From Candidatus Latescibacterota bacterium (GTDB lineage: Bacteria; Latescibacterota; CBDEFO01), in NCBI GenBank assembly GCA_965237525.1, contig CBDEFO010000004.1:256001-320000 (forward strand): a stretch of 64,000 bases of DNA, in the 5' to 3' direction. Below, piece by piece: positions 53,567 to 63,045 of this stretch. The notes under the pieces were generated by a model. That model saw nothing but the letters and a program-made list of their open reading frames with translations, made no database searches and was not told the origin of the DNA. Each line of letters opens with the position of its first letter. Positions within the stretch are counted from its first letter, which is position 1. A program made the translations under genes and the position numbers.

Positions 53567-54082
53567 TTATCTCATCAGGATCATCTTTCTGGTCTTAACA
53601 AAGTCCCCTGCCTTGATGCGATAGAGGTAAAGTCCGCTTGCCATGTCCTTCCCCTGATCGTCTTTGCTGTCCCAGACTACAGAATACCTTCCTGCTTTCT
53701 GATTCTCATTCACCAGTGTTCTAATCTTCTGCCCTAAAGTGTTAAATACATCTAGCCTTGCTCTTCCTGCTTCCCGTATTTCGTATCTTATAGTTGTATA
53801 AGGGTTAAACGGATTCGGATAGCTCTGAGCCAGGCTGTATTCTTGAGGCGGCGGGGATATGTCCTCTTGCTCCACTATACTCAAGTGGTACATCCCCTCG
53901 TTCAACTGTGCCTCAAGCACCTCCAATCCTAAATCAAATAAATCTTGTGTCCTGAACTGGATGCGCAGCACCTCTCCCTTACCCTCCGATACCGACGATG
54001 CCCAAAAGCCCACAGGCGGATTTGAACAGAAGCTTTGTGTGGCGCATCCCCGCATGCTAACTGGTCCCTCCCCGTGCGTCAA
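53567..54082 (-). pseudogene. Orphan C-terminal fragment of a T9SS-CTD protein
   Basis: AQLNEG, QSYPNPFNP, WDSKDDQG..MASGLYLYR...KTRKMILMR; no signal peptide or N-terminus. Confidence 0.7.
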
Positions 54083-54090
54083 GTATACAA

Positions 54091-54954
54091 TTACCGCAGT
54101 AACCGCTCATAAAGGGGCTCAGCCTCGGCATACTTGCCCTGATCTCCGTAAAGTACCGCCAGATTGTTCAGTGAGACCGCCAGATCGGGATGGTCTTTGC
54201 CAAGGACTTTTTCCCTTATTGCCAGTGCCCGCTTTAAAAGGGGTTCAGCCTCGGCATACTTGCCCTGATCTCTGTAAAGTACCGCCAGATTGTTCAGGGA
54301 GGTCGCCACATCGGGATGGTCTTTGCCAAGGACTTCTTCCCTTATTGCCAGTGCCCGCTTATAAAGAGGCTCGGCTTCGACATACTTGCCCTGATCTCTG
54401 TAAAGTAACCCCAGATTGTTCAGGGAGGTCGCCACATCGGGATGGTCTTTGCCAAGGACTTCTTCGCTTATTGCCAGTGACCGCTCATAAAGGGGCTCAG
54501 CCTCGTCATACTTGCCCTGGGAATAATAAAGTACCCCCAGACCGTTCAGGGAGGGCGCCACATCGGGATGGTCTTTGCCAAGGACTTCTTCCCTTATTGC
54601 CAGTGCCCGCTTGAAAAGGGGTTCAGCCTCGGCATACTTGCCCTAGGAATAATAAAGCAACCCCAGACCGTTCAATAAGCTCGCCACATCGGGATGATCT
54701 GGCCCAAGCGCTTTTTCCCATATTGCCAGTGACCGCTTATAAAGAGGCTCGGCTTCGACATACTTGCCCTGATCTCTGTAAAGTAACCCCAGATTGTTCA
54801 GGGAGGTCGCCACATCGGGATGATCTGGACCGAAAGTTTTCTCAGCTACTTTCAAAGCCTTTTTAGCAACCTTAACTGCTTTCTCATACTGACCTTGTTC
54901 GCGGAACGTTACTGCCTTTTCCATTAGTATTTCCCACTTTGAAAATGCCCTCAT
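54091..54954 (-). pseudogene. 42-aa tetratricopeptide repeat protein (kinesin-light-chain type), disrupted
   Basis: 126-bp repeats of HPDVATSLNNL..LY..QGKY.EAEPL; in-frame TAG at 54643-54645 where sister repeats have CAG; ends abruptly. Confidence 0.85.
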
Positions 54955-55021
54955 ATCTGGTGCTCCTTTCGGTTCAAGGAATCAAGGAAGGGTTCCTCCT
55001 CACATTGTAGTCATCATTCCA

Positions 55022-55048
55022 GGGCAGACACACGGGTCTGCCCCTACA
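55022..55048. repeat. GTAG-REP (family B)
   Basis: GGGCAGACACACGGGTCTGCCCCTACA, identical to 15381-15407. Confidence 0.85.
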
Positions 55049-55062
55049 GATAGTGGCAAAGT

Positions 55063-58000
55063 CTATCTCATCAATAGCAGCTTCCTTATCTTCACAAATT
55101 CTTCCGATCCATCCGTCTTCAAGCGATACAGATAGACCCCGCTGGCAAGGCTCTCTCCATTATCATCTTTGCCATCCCAGAGTACAGAGTGGCTTCCTGC
55201 GTCCATCTGCTGATGTACCAATGTCGCTACCTTCTGTCCTATCATATTATAGACAGATATATCAACCTGGCTTCGGAGGGGAAGATCGTAATGGATCACT
55301 GTCTCTGGGTTGAACGGATTGGGGAAGTTCTGAGGCAATGCATAGGTGTCAGGAACTTCGGAAACGTCGTCAGATTGGGAAGTAACCACACTGAAGAGAC
55401 CTTCGTTTAATTGAGCAGAGACTAGATCAATCCCCGTAAGATTCAATCGGGGATCAATCTCACCAATAGTCTCAATCTGCGAATCTACAGGCTCAAATAT
55501 AATCTCTGCAATCCTACCGCTGCCTTCAACTGATTCTACACCAGCAAACGATAGCCTTAGCCTGCCATCTTGAGCATTGTTGGCGAAAAGATAATCAGAG
55601 GTCAGGTCTGATGTGATAGCTTCTGAAACTTTGAGCTTGGTGGAATCGAAGGATAGTTCAAGTTGACCTGATAATACACCGTCCATCTCGTTTATGAGGA
55701 CAGGAACTGCAAAGCGTCCATCAGACAAATCCTCTACATCACCTAAACTGATAATCCTTTCGGCAAGTATAGACTTAGAGATGCCTCCCGTCTCGGCGGG
55801 AAACTCAGTTATTATCCCGACAACGAACCTGAGTATCAAAGAGGCATCAAAGGAACTTATAGTGCCGTCTCCGCTGACATCTGCTATCAGGGTGTCAGAG
55901 ATTACAAAGAGATCGACTGTGTGTTCAAGCACCAAAGCGGCATCAAAGGCCGTTACATGTCTGTTGCCGGTGACATCCCCTAACAACCTTTCGATAATTT
56001 GCACAGACCCGTCCTGTGTATTTGCCGGTGGATCTCCCTCGTTGAAGAAGAATTCCTCAAATACCAATGCCGTGGAATCACTGATGACTGCTGAATCGAA
56101 AAGTGCAAAGTTGATAAGCACAAGATTCCCCGACCCCGATAATGCGTTGCCTTTCCTGGTCGCCATTGCAATCTTGACAGTGTCTACAGATGTTCCGACG
56201 CCTGTTGCAACTGTGCCAGCCGTCGTCCAGCCCTGGGTCAGTGTCCCTTCCGATGTCACATCTATTGTCTCTATTACATTTGAATCGTAGCTGATATTCA
56301 TCTGGGCTGAGATGATTCCAAGCCCTGTCACATCCTCTTCGATAAGGACGGGAACTGAAACTATAGTATGGTCGATAAAGACAGATGTGTCCGGAAGGCT
56401 GACCGAGACAAGATCAAATGTTAATTCAACAATAGACGGACCACTTGAATTAGTCCATAGACCACCATTATGATAGGTCAGGAACTGAGGTAGAGAACCA
56501 GAAGGAGATACTACTGTATCCACTGACACGACTGTCCCATCTCCTGTAGTCTTCCAGATGCAACGGTTTCCATAATCTCCTATGTATAGGTACGTGTTGT
56601 CACTTGCAATAGACTTGCGCCTGACTATCTCCCCCAAGAACTCATGTCCACTTTGATCGTAAACCTCAAATTCTCCACCTATGCTATTGTCGCGTGTTTG
56701 CCACAATTCAGATCCCAGAAAGGCCATATCGTTACTCCATGTGCGTGTGGTATATGAAGTAGCGTCTACAGTTCCTGTGCTGGGATCGTACTGATAGATC
56801 GGTCCACTTGGATGAATTCTGACATAGATATATCCATTATAGTGTGCAACGCCGGATAGCTGCTCGACACCCACTGAATAGGGTATGTCCACAGATGTCG
56901 CCAGCTCCCAATCGCTGGCACGTACTTTATAGAGTTTCTGAGTAGATGATGCTGACAGATTACCAGTAACCCAAAAGTCCATCCCATCACTGGCCAAGCC
57001 ATTAATCCCACTTAGATCGCTTATGTAAAGGGCATGAACAAACTCGAATCCGTCAAAAAGTGTGTCTGCCAGACCACTGGGATTTGTGATTATCAAATCC
57101 ACAGTGCCGACAGCGTGAGCGGGAGTTGTAGCAGTAATAGTTTCAGAGGACACGATGAACCCGCCTGTAGCTGTGCTATCACCAAAAGTCACAGTCGCTC
57201 CGCTCCGGAAATTGCTGCCTCTTATGGTCACAGGGGTGGCACCCGATTCTGAGCCAGAAGTGGGATTGATAGTTGTAACTACCGGGCGGGCGATCGTTCC
57301 GGTAACTGTGACCGTAAACGCGGTCTGCGTTGTGCCGCCGTTGCCGTCGTTTGCCTCGACGGTGATCGTGTCGCTGCCCGCCGACAGGGCCGTGACCGTA
57401 AGGATGCTCCCTGAAATACTCGGCACGACCACCAAGGAGTCAGAACTGCTGGCCAGATAGACCAGAACGTCACCGTTGGGATCAGTAAACACGGAATCCG
57501 GGGAGACCAAGTCTCGGACAAATGGTGGATCTCCCGCATCAAGGTCAATGTTTTGGTCAGGGATAGTGTTCTTCACCACCGGCGTATCGTTCGATCCTAC
57601 CGCAATGCTAAAAGATCTAGTTTCCCTCTGACTCCATATCCCGGCCGCATTCTGCGCCCGCACAGTTACGGTATGACTATCCAGCGGGAGTCCCGCAGTA
57701 GGAAGTCCCACGCCTACATTGACGGACTCCGCCTGCGAAATAGGTATTTCAACACCTTCCCCTAATCCGGGATCGGTGTTGAAGAAATATTCCAGTCTAA
57801 CAAGTGGTGACGGCGCGGTTAGATCAATGGGAGAGTATATATAGAACGGCCGTGCTTCGGTCACACTCCAAATTCCATCTTGATTGCGTGCGCGCACGTG
57901 CAGAGTATGAAGACCAGTTAGCAAGACCAAGACTCGCCGCACTGATCTGCTCCGTAATATCGGCTGTATCACCCACACCTACAGTAAATCCACTCCCCTG

Positions 58001-58822
58001 GCCGTGACCAGGATCATCGTCCACAAAATATTCCACCGCCTCAATCGAAGTAACCTGCTCTAAGGTCTCTGCATAGATGTAAAACGGCCGTGCTTCGGTC
58101 ACACTCCAAATTCCATCTTGGCTGCGGGCACGCACATGCAAAGTATGAAGACCAGTGCCAAGACTCGCCGCACTGATCTGCTCTGTAATATCGACTGTAT
58201 CATCCAAACTTACAGCAAATCCACTCCCCTGACCATGACCAGGATCCTCGTCCAGAAAATATTCCACCGCCTCTATCGAAGCTACCTGAACTAAGGTCTC
58301 TGCATAGATGTAAAACGGCCGCGATTCGGTCATACTCCACCTGCCATCCTGACTGCGGGCGCGCACGTGCAAAGTATGAAGACCGGTGCCAAGACTGGCC
58401 GCACTGACCTGTTGCATAATATTGACCGTATCACCCACACTTACAGTAAATCCACTCGCAAGACCGTGGCCAGGATCATCGTCCACAAAATATTCCACCG
58501 CCTCAATTGAAGCTACCTGCACTGCGGGAGCTTCGTAGATGTAAAACGGCCGTGCTTCGGTCATACTCCAATTGTTATTAGCATCCTTAAACCGCACATG
58601 CAGCGTATGAAGACCTGTGGAGAACCCGCTTGTGGATATTGAGAACGTGACCCATGTATCCGGGGATGACACAGATATAGCAGTGCCCAACCCGTGTCCC
58701 GGATCAATATCGATAAAGTGTTCTGCCGCCACAAGATCAGGTGTTGTCTGCGCGTACAGATGGCCCTGGCACAGGAGCAGAACAACTGCTGCAAGCATCA
58801 GTTTCAATCTAACTTTGTCCAT
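55063..58822 (-). pseudogene. Secreted T9SS-CTD protein with EYF.D.DPG repeats, IPT, propeller, cohesin and dockerin domains; frameshift near 57920
   Basis: Signal peptide; repeat 4 carries 7 extra nt relative to repeats 2-3; dockerin GDVTGNRHVTAFDA...[22 protein letters not shown]...KIRKLLLMR. Confidence 0.8.
55425..55458. repeat. Family C palindrome in frame within a CDS, flanked by direct GATCAAT repeats
   Basis: GATCAAT-CCCCGTAAGATTCAATCGGG-GATCAAT; 27-nt period. Confidence 0.8.
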
Positions 58823-58876
58823 TGTAGTAATCCGGAAGAAGATAAAGGTGCCAATGACTTCTGTGGAATCCGCAGA

Positions 58877-59965
58877 TCAATTAGATCTTGCCTTTACCTT
58901 CACGTTTAGATTACCGCCCTGCCTTACTACGCTTGAAGCGTTGAACACCTGAATGAGCGGAATGGACGGAAGGACGTGCGGCCACGAATCAAAAGGATTA
59001 CCACCTCCATATATACCGATATCCGTGCCGTCACTGCCGGCGCCTATCGCCGGAGAGCCGAGTTTCAGGTTGAAATCCCAGCCAAAGGAGATACCGTCAG
59101 ACCCACTCAGAGGAAAATTCTCAAATAAAGGACTTTGACCTACAATATTGTCGACTCCTGTAGCGCCGTCAGGAGGTAAGCCATTTGCGTTCGTTCCGAA
59201 GGTGAGATTATTATTGAATACATTTCTCGCAGGTGAAAGCCTACCGGTTGGCATTACACCGTAGAAGATATTATTCGCAACTATGCAATCAGTAATGCGT
59301 TCGAACGTTAGCCTGTTCGTGTTGACTGTAGCGATGAAGATATTATTGCTGATCACTGTGTTATTGTCTACACTTATACCGCCCAAGCCACCACTCTGAA
59401 AATTGTAGAAAATACTGTTGCTTATTACCAAATTTGATGCTCTACCTGTAAAACTTAGCACATCAAGTCCGTCAACAATATTAATAATACAATTCCTGAT
59501 TCGTAAGCTATCAACAGAAGAACCGGAGCTTATACGTATACTTCCCCCATTAAACCAACATCTCTCAATGACTATGTTGCTGAGTGCCCCGCCGCTAAAT
59601 GTGGCTGCTGATTCTTGCAGGCCAGATATTACTGTACCAGAAGCATTAGTTTGAAATAACGTGTTACTGGCAAAGGTGATGGTGCCCACTATTGACCGGG
59701 CGAAACGATCTTTATCTGGATTAATTCCTCCACCGTAAACCGTCAATCTTTTGTCAATAATTATGTTCCCGTAACTGCTTGGACTCGGTGTCACATGTAC
59801 TGTATCCCCCACCTGGGCCGCATTAAGAGCCGACTGCAGTGATGAGAACACGTTGTTCCCTGTCGGTGCATTCAAGTTATTGTCAGCCACGAATACGGCC
59901 CCGTAGGCATTACCCATCCAGAGCACAGCGGCCGAAAGCACGATTAATGTTGTTAGAGTTCTCAC
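58877..59965 (-). CDS. Secreted right-handed beta-helix protein
   Basis: GTG start after GGGAGG, signal peptide, FSSLQSALNAA..GDTV, Asn-rich coils, SPAIGAG.DGTDIG.YGG. Confidence 0.8.
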   Translation of the reverse strand: MRTLTTLIVLSAAVLWMGNAYGAVFVADNNLNAPTGNNVFSSLQSALNAAQVGDTVHVTPSPSSYGNIIIDKRLTVYGGGINPDKDRFARSIVGTITFASNTLFQTNASGTVISGLQESAATFSGGALSNIVIERCWFNGGSIRISSGSSVDSLRIRNCIINIVDGLDVLSFTGRASNLVISNSIFYNFQSGGLGGISVDNNTVISNNIFIATVNTNRLTFERITDCIVANNIFYGVMPTGRLSPARNVFNNNLTFGTNANGLPPDGATGVDNIVGQSPLFENFPLSGSDGISFGWDFNLKLGSPAIGAGSDGTDIGIYGGGNPFDSWPHVLPSIPLIQVFNASSVVRQGGNLNVKVKARSN

Positions 59966-60089
59966 GGTTAGTTCCTCCCTTTGTGTTAGGGTTAATTTAG
60001 GTGTTGGAGATTCAACTTTGGCATCTGTAAATGTTATACGACTCACAAGATAAGGAAAAAATGAGACAAATGTCAAGCAAAAACGATGC

Positions 60090-61163
60090 TTACTTCCTTG
60101 TTTTAATCAACAATATAGTCCCGACAGTTATAAAGATGATGTTCCCTATCCAGGCCGCTAAAAGGGGTTGCAGATAGCCGTTGTGGCCCAATGCCTGCGC
60201 GCCCTTTATGAAGCCGTAAAAGACAAACGAGATCAGGATCGTTATCCCGAAACTTGCAGCCTTTCCAGTCCTCCTTCCTACAGAGGAAGCCATAGGGGCT
60301 CCGAGGAGGACCATTATGAAATTGGTTAGAGGATACGATATTTTCAGATGGAGGTCCACCAGCCATTTTCCGGCCTCTTTCCCGCTGTTGGTGGCTCTTT
60401 CTATATATCGTTTGAGCTCGAAGTAGTTCATCTCCTCAGGCTTTTTGTATTCCCTGATAAAATCCATAGGGACAACCAAAAAGTTCTCTAAGATCCTGCT
60501 TTCAAACTGAGTTATATTCTCCTGTTCGCCGCTAAATTCTCTTATTATCCCCTCCCTGACCTCCCATCTGTTATCCCTCCAGAACATCTTCTTGCCCGTA
60601 ATTCTCCTTATCAACGATGAACCGTCGTATTCTTCTATAGAGACATCAGCGGCGGTCTCATTCACAGGGTCATAGACCTTGGCAAAGACCAGGCGGTTTT
60701 CTCCATCGGAGAGAAAGACATCCTTTCTGATCGTTTTGGATTTGTCGCTGCGGCTTGTCCCGTGTCTTATTTCCATCCTCCGCTGATTGGTCCTCGGGAC
60801 TACGACTTCGGCAAAGACTAAAGAGATCAGACTGGCAATTATGCCTATGAAGAAGACAGGGGATAAGATGCGATACAAGCTCATCCCGGAGGCCTTCATC
60901 GCCACAAGTTCGTTCTGCCTTGCCATACCACCTAAACAGAATAACGACGAAAGGAGCATTACCATAGGGAGCATCAGGAGCACAATGTAGGGGATATAGT
61001 ACAGATAGTACTTAGCCACCCTGATCGCCGTGAAGCCACTGTCCATGAATCTGTTGAGGTGATCTACCGAATCGACTACTATGAATATGAGCACGAAGGC
61101 AGTAAGGCCTACAAAAAGCCATCCTATGAACTCTCGGGCGATGTAGCGGCTCAGGATTCGCAT
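60090..61163 (-). CDS. lptG: LPS export ABC transporter permease LptG
   Basis: IL.RYI, NELVAMKASG.SL.R, KPEEM...EL, AAWI.N. Confidence 0.88.
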   Translation of the reverse strand: MRILSRYIAREFIGWLFVGLTAFVLIFIVVDSVDHLNRFMDSGFTAIRVAKYYLYYIPYIVLLMLPMVMLLSSLFCLGGMARQNELVAMKASGMSLYRILSPVFFIGIIASLISLVFAEVVVPRTNQRRMEIRHGTSRSDKSKTIRKDVFLSDGENRLVFAKVYDPVNETAADVSIEEYDGSSLIRRITGKKMFWRDNRWEVREGIIREFSGEQENITQFESRILENFLVVPMDFIREYKKPEEMNYFELKRYIERATNSGKEAGKWLVDLHLKISYPLTNFIMVLLGAPMASSVGRRTGKAASFGITILISFVFYGFIKGAQALGHNGYLQPLLAAWIGNIIFITVGTILLIKTRK

Positions 61164-61267
61164 AATTTTTGCAACTAATAGAGTCTCAATTTGGTCTTAG
61201 TTGTGGGAAACACTGCAACTTCCGTTTGAACAGTAAACAGCACACACGTATAGGAAGCAGTCTAAGT

Positions 61268-61377
61268 GAGATTTCTTCGCTTCGCGCGCAGTGACATTTG
61301 CTGGCACGGATACTTAATGTCATTGCGGGGGACGAAAAGCCCCGACCCCGAAGGAGTTGCGAAGCAGAACCAATCTC
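61268..61377. repeat. Inverted pair of GTCATTGCG...CAATCTC type palindromic repeats
   Basis: GAGATTTCTTCGCTTCGCGCGCAGTGACA at 61268-61296; TGTCATTGCG...CAATCTC at 61318-61377. Confidence 0.55.
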
Positions 61378-61409
61378 AAGAGGTGAGTGATGGTACGCCC
61401 CTGTCTACA

Positions 61410-61466
61410 CCCTATTGAATCCCCGATTGAGTCTACTCCTTATTGAACCTATCGGGGGGATCGGGG
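61410..61466. repeat. Nested family C palindromes overlapping the lptF stop codon
   Basis: CCCTATTGAA-TCCCCGATTGAGTCTA-CTCCTTATTGAACCTATCGGGGG-GATCGGGG. Confidence 0.7.
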
Positions 61467-62815
61467 CTACTGTCTGCTTGCTTTCGGTGTTCGGCTAGGG
61501 CGTGTCTTTTGACTGACCTGAAGGTGAGGTAGAGCCCGCAGGCTCCGATGACTATGTTCGGAGCCCACATGGAAAGATATGGCGGTATTACTTCTCTGTC
61601 CGCCAGGATCTCACCACCCCTTAAGAAAGCCCAGTAAAGGGCAAAAAAGCCGATGCTTATGACAGCAATAGCCTGACCCCTCTTGCCTGCCATAATTCCC
61701 AAAGGGACCCCTACAAGCACAAATACGATGCAGGCAGTGGGGATGGAGAACTTCTTATGGATCTCTACAAGATACTGGTTTATTTTGCGGTTCTTCCTGG
61801 CCATATTGGCAGTTTCCCTGCGGACCTGGATGAGGGTCTTTCGGGTGTCTCGTGCTAAGTCATGGGAACCGTTTGAAAAACGGTCGACAAGAGAATCTAC
61901 TGAAGCGCTGTGCGTCGAACTTGCCTCCCATGCAGGAAGATAGCGTCTTATGTACTGTTCCGTGATAGTATCTATATTGTCTCTATGTACTTTTTTCTGA
62001 TTTTGGAGCGACTTGATTTCGTCGAGCATCATCCTGACGCTCATTTCTCTGTCTCCGCGGCCGAGAGAGCTGGTCCTTTTGAAGGTTTGGCCCACATCCG
62101 GTATGTTTATCAAATGTCTTTTGAAAGTGGTGCGGACGTATCTGTCGCTGTCTTCAGGATCTAGCTGATGTATTTCCCCATCGTAGAGGCTTAAAATTAA
62201 GTTATCTGTCTCCTCTGAGAACTTAAGATCTCCCCATTTGGCGCGGATCGAGACAGGGTATTTCCCCTCTTGTTGCTGATAGATAGTCACATTGTACATC
62301 TTGGACGCGTCTTCATCTATCTTCTCAAATAGGACGTTATATCCCGAAAAGTCGTTGATAAAGATGCCCTCCATGTCCTTCAATTCCAACGCGGGCTTCT
62401 TGCGGCGGATGTCGTAGAGGAGGTTTTTGGCTCTGAGGTTGAAATCGGGCAGTATCCTATCGTTAAACAGAACCAAACCGACCGAAAGCAGAGAGACGGC
62501 CACTAGAACAGGAGCCATCAGGTAGTAGATGCTTACCCCACTTGCCCTTATGGCGGTTATTTCGTTGTCAGAGGAGAGTCTTCCAAATGCCATCAAAGTT
62601 GAGACCAGAACAGACATTGGAATGGCCAAAGCGATCATCCATGCAAGGCTCAAGAAGAAGAACTCAGCGATGACCTGTAACCCTACCCCCTTTCCTAGGA
62701 GCAAATTTGCAAAGAAAAGGATCCTGTTTATTATCAGTATGAAGATGATAACTGATAGACTTAGGGAGAAGGGAGCTATATGTTCTTTCAATACATAGCG
62801 GTGCAGTATGCTCAT
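61433..62815 (-). CDS. lptF: LPS export ABC transporter permease LptF
   Basis: IL.RY.LKE, FGRLSSDNEITA.RASG.S, VEIHKKFSIP.AC, MWAPN. Confidence 0.88.
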   Translation of the reverse strand: MSILHRYVLKEHIAPFSLSLSVIIFILIINRILFFANLLLGKGVGLQVIAEFFFLSLAWMIALAIPMSVLVSTLMAFGRLSSDNEITAIRASGVSIYYLMAPVLVAVSLLSVGLVLFNDRILPDFNLRAKNLLYDIRRKKPALELKDMEGIFINDFSGYNVLFEKIDEDASKMYNVTIYQQQEGKYPVSIRAKWGDLKFSEETDNLILSLYDGEIHQLDPEDSDRYVRTTFKRHLINIPDVGQTFKRTSSLGRGDREMSVRMMLDEIKSLQNQKKVHRDNIDTITEQYIRRYLPAWEASSTHSASVDSLVDRFSNGSHDLARDTRKTLIQVRRETANMARKNRKINQYLVEIHKKFSIPTACIVFVLVGVPLGIMAGKRGQAIAVISIGFFALYWAFLRGGEILADREVIPPYLSMWAPNIVIGACGLYLTFRSVKRHALAEHRKQADSSPDPPDRFNKE

Positions 62816-62878
62816 AGGTCCATTGGCCCCATTCAGGGAGGAAGTGGAGGAAGCAAGTAGTGATGAGGTGCGCTGCCC

Positions 62879-62895
62879 TGTCTACTGTCTACTGT
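62879..62895. repeat. Heptamer tandem repeat (TGTCTAC)2+
   Basis: TGTCTACTGTCTACTGT. Confidence 0.65.
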
Positions 62896-63045
62896 ATTTA
62901 TGTAGACTCTATCCTACAATATAAAATATTTCAGACTTAAAACAAAAGCATTTCTGCGGCCGGCCAAAATTTAACTTGATCTTTAGGCACTATTGTGGTA
63001 TTATCCAATGCACTGTGCTTTTACTATGTTAGAGCTCAAACCGTC

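Noticed and set aside
48589..55330. Diversity-generating retroelement TR/VR pair
   Set aside because: No reverse transcriptase in the window, and the differences are not restricted to adenines
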